A stretch of DNA of 63,994 nucleotides, counting the filler. It is 6 parts of 6 records of this genome, joined end to end, with 100 filler letters (N's around TTAATTAATTAA, not from the genome) between each part and the next. Parts side by side here need not be neighbours in the genome. Positions count along the whole stretch, not along the records: positions 1 to 29,539 come from SRR2962707_1825; 5 more parts are not named here. One strand, written 5' to 3'. The notes beneath the pieces were generated by a model. It saw only the letters and a program-made list of their open reading frames with translations, was not told the origin of the DNA and ran no database searches. This document shows positions 1-8,852 of the stretch, piece by piece; the first letter of the stretch is position 1, and each line of letters starts with the position of its first letter. The position numbers and the translations under genes were made by a program.

Positions 1-594
1 ACCGATCTTCATGCGGATCTGGTTGATGAATACCACCAGGGTGTTGGCGTTTTTCACGTTACCGGTGATCTTGCGCAGCGCCTGGCTCATCAGGCGGGCC
101 TGCAGGCCCACGTGGGCGTCGCCCATTTCGCCTTCGATTTCCGCTTTCGGCACCAGCGCCGCCACGGAATCGACGATCACCACATCCACCGCGCCGGAGC
201 GCACCAGCATGTCGGTGATTTCCAGTGCCTGCTCACCGGTGTCCGGCTGGGACACAATCAGGTCGTCCACATTGACGCCCAGTTTCTCGGCGTAATCCGG
301 GTCGAGCGCGTGCTCGGCGTCGACGAAAGCGCAGGTGGCGCCTTTGCGCTGGGCCTGGGCGATAACGCTCAGAGTCAGCGTGGTTTTACCGGAAGATTCA
401 GGACCGTAGATTTCCACGATCCGGCCCTTGGGCAGACCACCAATGCCCAGGGCGATATCCAGGCCCAGGGATCCGGTGGAGATGGAGGGCATGCGCTCGC
501 GTTTGCGGTCGCCCATGCGCATCACTGAACCTTTGCCGAACTGCCGCTCGATCTGCGACAGTGCCGCGGAAAGTGCTTTACCTTTATCGCTCAT
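1..594 (-). CDS. recA: Recombinase RecA (5' part; runs off the window edge)
   Basis: Manual translation from ATG at 594: [29 protein letters not shown]...[10 protein letters not shown] (Walker A)...IRMKIG. Confidence 0.98.
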   Translation of the reverse strand, partial: MSDKGKALSAALSQIERQFGKGSVMRMGDRKRERMPSISTGSLGLDIALGIGGLPKGRIVEIYGPESSGKTTLTLSVIAQAQRKGATCAFVDAEHALDPDYAEKLGVNVDDLIVSQPDTGEQALEITDMLVRSGAVDVVIVDSVAALVPKAEIEGEMGDAHVGLQARLMSQALRKITGNVKNANTLVVFINQIRMKIG

Positions 595-736
595 TGAATG
601 ACCCCTGTCCGTTTATTCCTGGATTCCGCTTATTCCTTAATGACGCCGTGGCTCGCCGCTGACCGGCATGTGCCCTGGCAAGAGCCTGCTGATCGTTGGC
701 CGGCGAGCGTCCTTCGGCCTGACCCTTTGATCAGCA

Positions 737-752
737 CTGTCTATAAGGACAG
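737..752. promoter_or_regulatory. LexA (SOS) box upstream of recA
   Basis: CTGT-ctataagg-ACAG matches the gammaproteobacterial CTGT-N8-ACAG consensus, 143 bp upstream of the recA start. Confidence 0.85.
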
Positions 753-789
753 CATTATGGACACTGTCCCGCGCCACTGCAACCCCCCC

Positions 790-1269
790 TTATTCGAGGC
801 GGGCCAGCAGCCCTTCCAGGGCGGCGGCGATGGTAGCATGCCGGACCTGCCCACGATCACCGTCGAAGTGGAATCGCTCGGCGCGGGCCCAGTCCGGCTG
901 CTGCGCCCAGGCGATCCACACCGTGCCCACCGGCTTATCGGCGCTGCCGCCGCCGGGCCCCGCCACGCCGCTCACCGCCACCGCCAAATCCGCCCGGGAA
1001 CGCCCCAACGCGCCCCGGGCCATGGCCAGGACGGTCTGTTCACTGACCGCGCCGGCGCTGGCCAGAATCGCTTCCGAGACACCCAGCATGCTCTGCTTGG
1101 CCTCGTTGGAGTAAGTGACGAAGCCGCATTCGAACCAGTCCGAGGATCCGGCCAGCTCCGTCATTTCGCGGGCGATGCCGCCGCCGGTGCAGGACTCGGC
1201 GGTGGCCACGCGCAGGCCCCGTTCGCGCAGGGTGTCGGCCAATGCAGTGACCTGCTCGGGTATGGTCAT
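790..1269 (-). CDS. cinA: CinA/PncC nicotinamide-nucleotide amidohydrolase
   Basis: TAESCTGG, GFVTYSNEAK and GAVSE motifs; canonical position upstream of recA. Confidence 0.95.
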   Translation of the reverse strand: MTIPEQVTALADTLRERGLRVATAESCTGGGIAREMTELAGSSDWFECGFVTYSNEAKQSMLGVSEAILASAGAVSEQTVLAMARGALGRSRADLAVAVSGVAGPGGGSADKPVGTVWIAWAQQPDWARAERFHFDGDRGQVRHATIAAALEGLLARLE

Positions 1270-1468
1270 GGTGACTCCTGATGTTCAGAGAAGATCAAAA
1301 AAATCGCCATCCATGATGGCGGACTTTACCGACGCTGCCCACCGGTGATCCAGCAAACCGGCCACCGGTTCACGGACTGGCGCCCCGAAACCGAAGGGAA
1401 ACACAGGGCATCCTTCCATCGGCTTTGTTACTCTGGGCCGTAAGTAGCCCCTGGCCTTCGGAGTCATC

Positions 1469-1705
1469 ATGAAAAAGCTCAAGAATGAGAAGGAATGGGT
1501 CAAGAAAGCCATCGCACTCGGCATGGAGTACGGCGAGAAGCGGGGCGTGGTCGAGTTCGAGCCCACCGATTCGGCGGCACTGAAGCTGGAGTACATTTAC
1601 CGCCTGCTGGTTCATGACAAGGTCATCCAGCCACTGCCGGAAGATCAGGTTTCCCAGCAGTCGATCCAGCATAAGCTGGCGATCTGGGCGTCGAAACAGC
1701 CGTAG
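1469..1705 (+). CDS. Small conserved hypothetical protein (DUF5062-like)
   Basis: 78 aa, MKKLKNE...IYRLLVHDKVIQPLP...HKLAIW; GGAG RBS upstream. Confidence 0.7.
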   Translation: MKKLKNEKEWVKKAIALGMEYGEKRGVVEFEPTDSAALKLEYIYRLLVHDKVIQPLPEDQVSQQSIQHKLAIWASKQP

Positions 1706-1736
1706 CCCCACTGCCCTCTCTACCGATACAGAGGCG

Positions 1737-3134
1737 TCACTGATACAGACGCATCATGACCCGGGCGTGTTCCCGTATCAGCGCCGCGGGTTCCGTGCCA
1801 AGCAGTTGGCCATCCCGAACCCGCATTCGGCCATTGACCATGACCTGACTGGCCAGAAAGGGCCCGCACATTACCAGCGCCGCCAGCGGGTCCCGCTGCG
1901 CGCCGGCGAAGGACAGGTGATTCATATCCACCGCCACCCAGTCCGCGCTCATCCCCGGTGCCAGATGACCGATGTCATCCCGGCCCAGCAAGCGGGCGCC
2001 GCCACGGGTGGCCAGGATCAGTGCTTCCCGGGCCGACAGCGCCCCAGGATCACCGCCGAATCCGCCCCGCCCGCCCGGCGCTTCCGAACGGTAACGGGCC
2101 GGCGCCACCCGCTGCAGCATCATCGCCATGCGCGCCTCCAGGAACAGATTACTGGAATCGTTGGAGGCGGAACCGTCCACCCCCAGCCCCACCGGCACCC
2201 CGGCGTCCAGCAACTGGCGCACCTTGGCGATGCCCTGCCCGCAGCGCATGTTGGCGCTGGGGCAGTGGGCGATACCGGTGCCGGTGCGGGCCAGCAGCGC
2301 GATCTCCTCGTCGTCGAGGAAGATACCGTGGGCGAACCATACATCCTCACCGAGCCATTCCACCGACGCCGCGAACGCCACCGAACGCATGCCGTACTGG
2401 GCCAGGCAGTAGTCCTCCTCATCCAGCTCCTCGGCCAGGTGGCAATGCAGACGCACGCCCTGGTGGCGCCGGGCCAGCCGGGCGGCGTCCCGCATCAGTT
2501 CCGGTGTCACCGAGAACGGCGAGCACGGCGCCAGTACCAGGCGCAGCATCGAGTGGCGGCCGGCATCGTGGTAACGGCGGATCAGACGTTCCGCGTCACA
2601 CAGAATGTGGTCTTCCTTCTCCACACAATTGTCCGGCGGCAAACCACCCTGGCTTTGCCCCCGCGACATGGCGCCCCGGGCGGCGTGGAAGCGGATGCCC
2701 ATCTCCCCGGCGGCCTGGATCTGACTGTCCAGGCGGGCGCCGTTGGGCAACATATAAAGATGGTCGGCGGCGGTGGTGCAGCCTGAGAGCAACAGTTCCG
2801 CCATGGCCACCTTGCTGCTGAGGTAGATCGCCTCGTCGTCCAGCCGCGCCCAGATCGGGTAAAGCGTATTGAGCCAGGGGAACAGCGGGTCGTCCTGGGC
2901 CATCACCCGGGTGAAATTCTGATACATGTGGTGGTGGGTGTTCACCATTCCGGGCATCACCACATGGCCACTCAGGTCCAGGGTCTCGTCCACCGGAAGG
3001 TCTGGTTTCTCCGTGCGCGGCCCGGCCCACAGAATCTGGTTGTCACGGATCAGCATGGCGGCGTCACGCCACTCGTGGTGCTGATCATCGAAGGTTGCCA
3101 GGTAGTCGATACGGTCGATCAATAAGGTTGTCAT
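1737..3134 (-). CDS. 8-oxoguanine deaminase family amidohydrolase
   Basis: NTHHHMYQ metal motif, PCSPFS and DGSASN motifs, HCPSANM. Confidence 0.85.
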   Translation of the reverse strand: MTTLLIDRIDYLATFDDQHHEWRDAAMLIRDNQILWAGPRTEKPDLPVDETLDLSGHVVMPGMVNTHHHMYQNFTRVMAQDDPLFPWLNTLYPIWARLDDEAIYLSSKVAMAELLLSGCTTAADHLYMLPNGARLDSQIQAAGEMGIRFHAARGAMSRGQSQGGLPPDNCVEKEDHILCDAERLIRRYHDAGRHSMLRLVLAPCSPFSVTPELMRDAARLARRHQGVRLHCHLAEELDEEDYCLAQYGMRSVAFAASVEWLGEDVWFAHGIFLDDEEIALLARTGTGIAHCPSANMRCGQGIAKVRQLLDAGVPVGLGVDGSASNDSSNLFLEARMAMMLQRVAPARYRSEAPGGRGGFGGDPGALSAREALILATRGGARLLGRDDIGHLAPGMSADWVAVDMNHLSFAGAQRDPLAALVMCGPFLASQVMVNGRMRVRDGQLLGTEPAALIREHARVMMRLYQ

Positions 3135-3320
3135 TGGTCACTCCGAAAACGCGGAAAAGGAAAAAGCAAAAGCGCGATTTCGGAGCGGATCAGAACAACT
3201 GGTGAGCAAAAGCGGTGCGTTGCCAGAACGGCCGGAACGGCAAAGCGCGTTGCCGGCGCACGCCGACCACGGGGTTTTTCCTCATACCCTGCCCTCCTGA
3301 TGTTCTATGACCATCTCGCC

Positions 3321-3378
3321 ATTCGCTGGCAAGCCAGCTTGCTGCGAGGCCGCTGTGGGAGCCGCCCTGGCGGCGAAT
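3321..3378. repeat. REP-like palindromic doublet
   Basis: GTGGGAGCCGCCCTGGCGGCGAAT (within 3349-3378) plus a degenerate inverted copy ATTCGCTGGCAAGCCAGCTT at 3321-3340. Confidence 0.65.
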
Positions 3379-3563
3379 ACGGACCACGCTAAGAGGCGAT
3401 GCAAATACAGCGCCAGCTTGGCCAGCTTAAATGGTGACGATGAAGCCAGCGCGGCAAAACACCGCAGTGAGTCCCATCCCCCTCGATGCTAGCCTCTGCG
3501 CCGACTTTACCGCCGTGCTTGGTGGTCGATGGAGCGCTGGGTACTGACTTCTTGGATGGGATC

Positions 3564-5642
3564 ATGACGACGCCTTTTCTCTCTTCTTTCTCTTCTTCTG
3601 TCTCTGCATTACGCCTGATTCAACGACGGAGCCTTTGGGGCCCGGCTCTGCTAGGCGGGCTGCTTCCTTTCTCCGCTCCGGCGCTGGCCGAGGACGAACA
3701 ACCCCCGGCCCTGCTGGCCCCGGTGGTGGTCACCGGCGTGGCGCCCAGTTCCGGACCGGTGATCGAGGCCAACCCCAAACAGCCGCGCCAGCCGGTGCCG
3801 GCCAGCGACGCCACCGACTATCTCAAGACCATCCCCGGTTTCTCCGCCATCCGCAGCGGCGGCAGCAATGGCGACCCGGTACTGCGCGGGCAGTTTGGTT
3901 CGCGCCTGAATCTGCTGGTGGACGGCGGCCAGATGATCGGCGCCTGCCCCAACCGCATGGACGCCCCCAGCTCCTACATCGCCCCGGAAAACTACGACAA
4001 ACTCACCGTGATCAAAGGGCCGCAGAGCGTGCAGTGGGGCCCCGGCGCCTCCGCCGGCACCGTGCTGTTCGAGCGTGACCCGCAATACTTCAGCGAAGCG
4101 GACGCCCTGGTGGACGCCCAATGGCTGCTGGGCTCCCACGGCCGCAACGACCAGCGCATCGACGCCACCCTCGGCAACCCGCTGGGCTACCTGCGCCTCT
4201 CCGGCAACAACGCCCGCGCCGACGACTATAAGGACGGCAACGGCGACCGCGTGCCCTCACGCTGGAAGAAATGGAACAGCGACGTGGTGCTCGGCTGGAC
4301 GCCCAACGCCGACAGCGTCATCGAACTGAGCGCCGGCAAGGGCGACGGCGAAGCCCGCTACGCCGGCCGTGGCATGGACGGCAGCCAGTTCAAACGGGAA
4401 AGCCTGGGGATGCGCTTTGAATTCCGTAATCTGGGTGGCGTGCTCGATCAAATCGACGGCCGCGTCTACTACAACTACGCCGACCACGTGATGGACAACT
4501 ACAGCCTGCGCACCCCGTCCGGCACCGGCATGATGGCCGGCCCCATGGCCTCCAACGTGGACCGACGCACCCTCGGCGGGCGCTTCAAACTCACCTGGCG
4601 CGGTCACGGCTGGGAAGCGCTGGCCGGCGTCGACGCCCAATCCAGCGAACACCGCAAACGCAGCGCCATGGGCGTGGACGCCTATCGAGGCAAAGCCTGG
4701 GACAAAGACGCGGACTTCCACCAGTACGGTGCCTTCACCGAAGTCACCCGTGCCGTCACCGACAACGGCCGCATCGTCGCCGGCGCCCGCCTGGACCGCA
4801 ACGAAGTACGCGACTTCCGCGACGCCGCCGACAGCGCCACCGCCGGCGACACCCGCAGCGACACCCTGCCCAGCGGCTTCCTGCGCTATGAAGCGGACCT
4901 CAGCCAGAACACCAACTACTACGTGGGCATCGGCCACGTGCAGCGCTTCCCCGACTACTGGGAACTGTTCTCCCCCGGTAGCGGCCCGGCCGGATCGCTT
5001 AACGCCTTCGACGCCATCGAACCGGAAAAAACCACCCAACTCGACATCGGCAGCCAATACCGCAACGGCAACCTGGAAGCCTGGACCTCCGCCTATGTGG
5101 GACAGATCAACGACTACATCCTGTTCACCTACCAAAGCGGCATGATGGGCTACAGCACCGACGCCGATAACATCGACGCCCACATCGCCGGCGCCGAACT
5201 CGGCGCCCGCTACCGCTTCACCGACAACCTCAGCGGCGACGCCACCCTCGCCTACGCCTGGGGCCGCAACCGCGACGACAGCGAACCGCTGCCGCAAATG
5301 CCGCCGCTGGAAGCCCGCTTCACCGCCACCTACGAACAAGGCAACTGGAGCGCCGGCGCCCTCTGGCGGCTGGTCGCCGCCCAACACCGCACCGCCAACA
5401 ACAAAGGCAACGTGGTCGGCCGCGACCTCGGCGACAGCAACGGCTTCGGCGTCTTCTCCCTCAACACCGCCTACCGCATCAACCACCAGTTCACCGTCAG
5501 CGCCGGCGTCGACAACCTGTTCGACAAAGCCTACGCCGAACACCTCAACCTGGCCGGCAACGCCGGCTTCGGCTTCCCCGCGGACACACGCATCAACGAA
5601 CCGGGACGGACGTTCTGGGGGAAAGTGGATTGGCGGTTCTGA
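3564..5642 (+). CDS. oprC: TonB-dependent copper receptor (OprC/NosA family)
   Basis: CxxxM motif (GACPNRMD), HxM motif (DHVMDN), Met-rich loops, C-terminal barrel strand ending in F; start at ATG 3564 inferred. Confidence 0.9.
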   Translation: MTTPFLSSFSSSVSALRLIQRRSLWGPALLGGLLPFSAPALAEDEQPPALLAPVVVTGVAPSSGPVIEANPKQPRQPVPASDATDYLKTIPGFSAIRSGGSNGDPVLRGQFGSRLNLLVDGGQMIGACPNRMDAPSSYIAPENYDKLTVIKGPQSVQWGPGASAGTVLFERDPQYFSEADALVDAQWLLGSHGRNDQRIDATLGNPLGYLRLSGNNARADDYKDGNGDRVPSRWKKWNSDVVLGWTPNADSVIELSAGKGDGEARYAGRGMDGSQFKRESLGMRFEFRNLGGVLDQIDGRVYYNYADHVMDNYSLRTPSGTGMMAGPMASNVDRRTLGGRFKLTWRGHGWEALAGVDAQSSEHRKRSAMGVDAYRGKAWDKDADFHQYGAFTEVTRAVTDNGRIVAGARLDRNEVRDFRDAADSATAGDTRSDTLPSGFLRYEADLSQNTNYYVGIGHVQRFPDYWELFSPGSGPAGSLNAFDAIEPEKTTQLDIGSQYRNGNLEAWTSAYVGQINDYILFTYQSGMMGYSTDADNIDAHIAGAELGARYRFTDNLSGDATLAYAWGRNRDDSEPLPQMPPLEARFTATYEQGNWSAGALWRLVAAQHRTANNKGNVVGRDLGDSNGFGVFSLNTAYRINHQFTVSAGVDNLFDKAYAEHLNLAGNAGFGFPADTRINEPGRTFWGKVDWRF

Positions 5643-5672
5643 GACACTACCGTTTACAACTTCCGATTCGAA

Positions 5673-5703
5673 GCCGCTGTGGGAGCCAGCCCTGCTGGCG
5701 AAT
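5673..5703 (+). repeat. REP-like palindrome
   Basis: GCCGCTGTGGGAGCCAGCCCTGCTGGCGAAT, a near-copy of 3349-3378 in the same orientation. Confidence 0.65.
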
Positions 5704-5766
5704 CTTCTGTTTTCTCCCTAACCACGGCGGCACCGTTGCCCACCGCAACGATGCCGCCAAGCAAAT

Positions 5767-6327
5767 TCATCTTTCCCCCAACACCCCCAACATCTCCTTG
5801 ATCGGCCAAACATACCCCCGCCCCTTGATCCCCATCGGCGTGTCCGCCAACCAAACGGACGTGCTGTAGGGCGCCAGATCCACCACCGAGCCCCCACCGT
5901 CCAACAACCCATACCGAATCATCTTTCCGTACTCAGTGGAAGAACCCTGCACAGACCGATCCGATTCGCTGTCACACACCAAAGGCCCCAGCAAATGCAC
6001 CGCCCGATCCAACTGCCATTCCGTCGCCCCCGCCTTGCCGAGCACACTGATCAAGGTATCGGCGAACAGCCCATCCAACCCAGCGAAATCCGCTTTCTTC
6101 ATCGCCGGGATAAACAAAGGGAAACGGGTAGCGTCATGCACGAATATCAAACACTGCCGCCCCTGGAACAGAACCAGATTCGCATGCCAATGATCCAACG
6201 GATTGGCTTCACTGACCTCGTGGAGAGCCGGCTGCTCAAGCTGTGGGTCCTTCAGCAGACCGTTCTGGTCCAACGGCAGCTTGGCGATCAACTTTTTGGT
6301 GCAGTGGAGGTGGATCACGAGGGGCAC
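5767..6327 (-). CDS. Hypothetical protein (DUF6933-like)
   Basis: HCTKKL...WHANL...CLIFVHDATRF...DRSVQG pattern. Confidence 0.55.
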   Translation of the reverse strand: MPLVIHLHCTKKLIAKLPLDQNGLLKDPQLEQPALHEVSEANPLDHWHANLVLFQGRQCLIFVHDATRFPLFIPAMKKADFAGLDGLFADTLISVLGKAGATEWQLDRAVHLLGPLVCDSESDRSVQGSSTEYGKMIRYGLLDGGGSVVDLAPYSTSVWLADTPMGIKGRGYVWPIKEMLGVLGER

Positions 6328-6417
6328 CTTGATGGTCTCGCGTTACTCGGATAGGCATTGAAGATCAAGGACAGGTAGCCGCAGCCACCAGACTATCGCC
6401 GTACTGTAGTACCGGAC

Positions 6418-7101
6418 TCAATCAAGCTCCAGCTTGGGATCAAAATCAAACCACAGCTGCTCAGGCTCTCGATAAAGACGGAAAGGCCGCCAAGGTGCGA
6501 CCTGGCGATAGGCTTCTCCTTCCATGCCCAGTCCAAGGACAGTTTGCACTCTGACCAGATTTTGTACCTTGTCATAACAACGATAAGCGTGTGATCGGGA
6601 TATTCTGAGAAAGCGGGCCACATGCACCATACGCCTGCCGCAACGATCCCATACCAGCAACCAGGCCGCCGCCACGGACATTCCTTGAGCGGCTAGAGCT
6701 TCTTGATCTCTCGCCTCCTGCTCCTTCCGCTGCAGTTGATCAACCGGATCAGTCTTCGCCTCACCGGCTATTCGATCCAGAGGCCCAAAGGTATCATCCT
6801 CATAGGCACTATGATCAAGACTGGAAGCGTAACGCAGACGCTTCTCTGTATACTCAACCAAGCGTTGGTAAGTGAAGGAGAGGATCAACTGCTGATGTTC
6901 CGGATCATTGAAGTTGACCTCAATGCCCTTTTTCGCCTGCAAATCATAGGCGGTTATCCAGATCTCACCCTGGATGTCTTCAGCAGTATGCTCACCTCGG
7001 GTTTGACGAGCGATCCGTGCAAGATCGCCCGAAAATCGCGCAATGAAATGCTGATACGATGCGTGATTGATGGTGTTCGCTCCGGTGGTCCCCAAAGGCA
7101 A
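6418..7101 (-). CDS. Hypothetical protein with sigma-70-like region 2 and C-terminal HTH
   Basis: LARIAR...AEDIQGEIW (region-2-like), MVHVARFLRISRSHAYRCY (HTH-like), tail QLWFDF; start uncertain (TTG). Confidence 0.55.
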   Translation of the reverse strand: MPLGTTGANTINHASYQHFIARFSGDLARIARQTRGEHTAEDIQGEIWITAYDLQAKKGIEVNFNDPEHQQLILSFTYQRLVEYTEKRLRYASSLDHSAYEDDTFGPLDRIAGEAKTDPVDQLQRKEQEARDQEALAAQGMSVAAAWLLVWDRCGRRMVHVARFLRISRSHAYRCYDKVQNLVRVQTVLGLGMEGEAYRQVAPWRPFRLYREPEQLWFDFDPKLELD

Positions 7102-7246
7102 ATATCCAACATCAAAATGACAAACTTATGGCGAGCGCCGCATCCTGTTCCCACTAGCTGACCGCTGCAAGTGCCTTTCCAAAGATGCGGCTTTGCCCAA
7201 TCAGCAATGGGCCGCTATCACCTGTAATGCTTCCATAGGTCCGGAC

Positions 7247-7408
7247 CTACAGCTTCAGGCCGGCGAAGAAAGGCACTTCTCCTTTGTCCACCACGTCAAA
7301 AACATGCTGGCGCCAGAAGGGCCAAACGTTGTGCACCGCATTGAACTCGGCGAATGCTTTCAGGGCTTCTTCCTGGAGGTCAGCTGACTCTGGATAGTGG
7401 AGGGTATA
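7247..7408 (-). pseudogene. C-terminal fragment of a SecB-like chaperone
   Basis: Start-less frame missing from the ORF track: YTLHYPESADLQEEALKAFAEFNAVHNVWPFWRQHVFDVVDKGEVPFFAGLKL*, resembling the SecB-fold F...N....WP.WR helix. Confidence 0.6.
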
Positions 7409-7608
7409 TCAACTGCGGCGCGACGCTCATTACGTGTGATCTGATCCTCGAGCACCGGATCGGCACCACATAGAGGACATTCGCAGTATTCCATGCCCTT
7501 CACGACCAATGGCTTATCGTTACAGTGAATCGTGATGGCATGAGTACGAAGCTCAAGCTGACCTTCGTCACACATCGGGCAGGTTCGAATAACGTCCGTT
7601 GATTTCAT
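7360..7608 (-). pseudogene. Truncated MqsA/YgiT-type antitoxin (zinc ribbon only)
   Basis: CPMC...CPLCGADP zinc ribbon followed by QITRNERR; no HTH domain. Confidence 0.7.
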
Positions 7609-7709
7609 TGCATATGCCCATAGTGAATTTATGGAAATATTTGCATTTAAAGCACACAGCTGCAACAGAATCGACAATACGCGCACAATCCTGCCGATCT
7701 GTTGCGCCC

Positions 7710-8696
7710 CTACCCCTGACTGAGCATGTTCATGATGAGGCGGATCAGGGTGTCTTTCTGCTTTGGATCAGATTCCGCCACCAGCAGAGCCAAAGCCGCC
7801 AGGCCGGTGTCGTTGATGACTGGGCCACCTTGGGAGTTGAACAGGCGCCGGTTGCGGTGCAGGAAGTCCACGAACAGGAAGGCGCCGCTGCGTTTGTTGC
7901 CGTCGGCGAACGGGTGGTTTTTGACGATGAAGTACAGCAGGTGCGCCGCTTTGCTTTCCACCGTTGGGTAGGCCGGGTCGCCGAAGACGGTTTGGTCCAG
8001 GTTCCCCAGGATGGCGCCCAGGCCATCGCCCCGGGGTCTGGCGAACAGTTCCGTGGCCTCGCCCCGTTCCATCAACTGGGCTTTGAGGCTGCCCAATGAG
8101 CGCATTGCTTCCGCTTCGTCCGGTAGCTGGCCGCCCCGTTCCCCGGACGGTTCTTCCAGCAGTCCCTCGTCGTAGCGTTGCAGCCAAAGGAAGGTCTGGG
8201 TGTAGCGGGAGACGATGTCCACCAGGCCACGGCCGGCCTCCCCGCTCAGTTCCGGGCTTTGCGCGGCCTTCTTTATCAGGGTCAGGGCCTGCTCCAGTTC
8301 GGAGGCGTTTTTGTCGAAGCGGGCGCGGTTAATGGTGTAGCCCTGCACCAGGTACTCTTTCAGGCGCTGGGTGGCCCAGATGCGGAACTGGGTGGCGCGG
8401 TGGGAATTCACCCGGTACCCCACTGAGATGATGGCGTCCAGGTTGTAATGCTTCCGCTGCCTTTTGACCCGCCGTTTCCCCTCGATTTGAACCTGTAAGA
8501 AATCCTTACAGGTTGGTCCCTCCGCAAGCTCTTGTTCCTTATAGATATTCCTGAGATGCATAGTGATGTTCTGGGGACTCACCTCGAACAGCTCCGCGAT
8601 TTGCGCCTGAGTCAACCAAACCGTGTCGCTCCCCACCCGCACCTCAATGCGGGTCTGCCCATTCCCGGTCTGATAAATCTCGATCTGCTTGTCCAT
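7710..8696 (-). CDS. RhuM-family virulence protein fused to a Fic/Doc domain
   Basis: TVWLTQAQIAELF and YNLDAIISVGYRVNS (RhuM); HPFADGNKRSG (Fic/Doc). Confidence 0.9.
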   Translation of the reverse strand: MDKQIEIYQTGNGQTRIEVRVGSDTVWLTQAQIAELFEVSPQNITMHLRNIYKEQELAEGPTCKDFLQVQIEGKRRVKRQRKHYNLDAIISVGYRVNSHRATQFRIWATQRLKEYLVQGYTINRARFDKNASELEQALTLIKKAAQSPELSGEAGRGLVDIVSRYTQTFLWLQRYDEGLLEEPSGERGGQLPDEAEAMRSLGSLKAQLMERGEATELFARPRGDGLGAILGNLDQTVFGDPAYPTVESKAAHLLYFIVKNHPFADGNKRSGAFLFVDFLHRNRRLFNSQGGPVINDTGLAALALLVAESDPKQKDTLIRLIMNMLSQG

Positions 8697-8852
8697 AGCC
8701 CCTATCCTGCCCCGTCAGCCCCGGTTTTCGCATCCGCCCGAAGATGCCAACATAGCTCTGAATATGCGGGCAGGCTAGCAGGCAACCGCCGTCGATTGCC
8801 GGTATCATCGGCCCTTATTCCAACGCATTATTTCAACCCTTTAGCTGACGCC

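Noticed and set aside
1737-3134. 8-oxoguanine deaminase close to recA and mutS as a DNA-repair cluster
   Set aside because: The enzyme family acts on the free base in purine catabolism, no LexA box was seen upstream, and proximity alone is weak evidence.
3205-3256. GGCA...TTGC motifs resembling sigma-54 promoters
   Set aside because: The GG-to-GC spacing does not fit the strict -24/-12 geometry.
3262-3298. AGGGCAGGGT...CCC.GTGGT resembles the 5' end of an FMN riboswitch
   Set aside because: The conserved 3' half of the FMN aptamer is absent and the downstream gene is unrelated to flavin metabolism.
3307-3492. Possible CruR-like leader ORF upstream of oprC
   Set aside because: It runs through the REP palindromes and lacks a signal segment, CxxC and RAPP.
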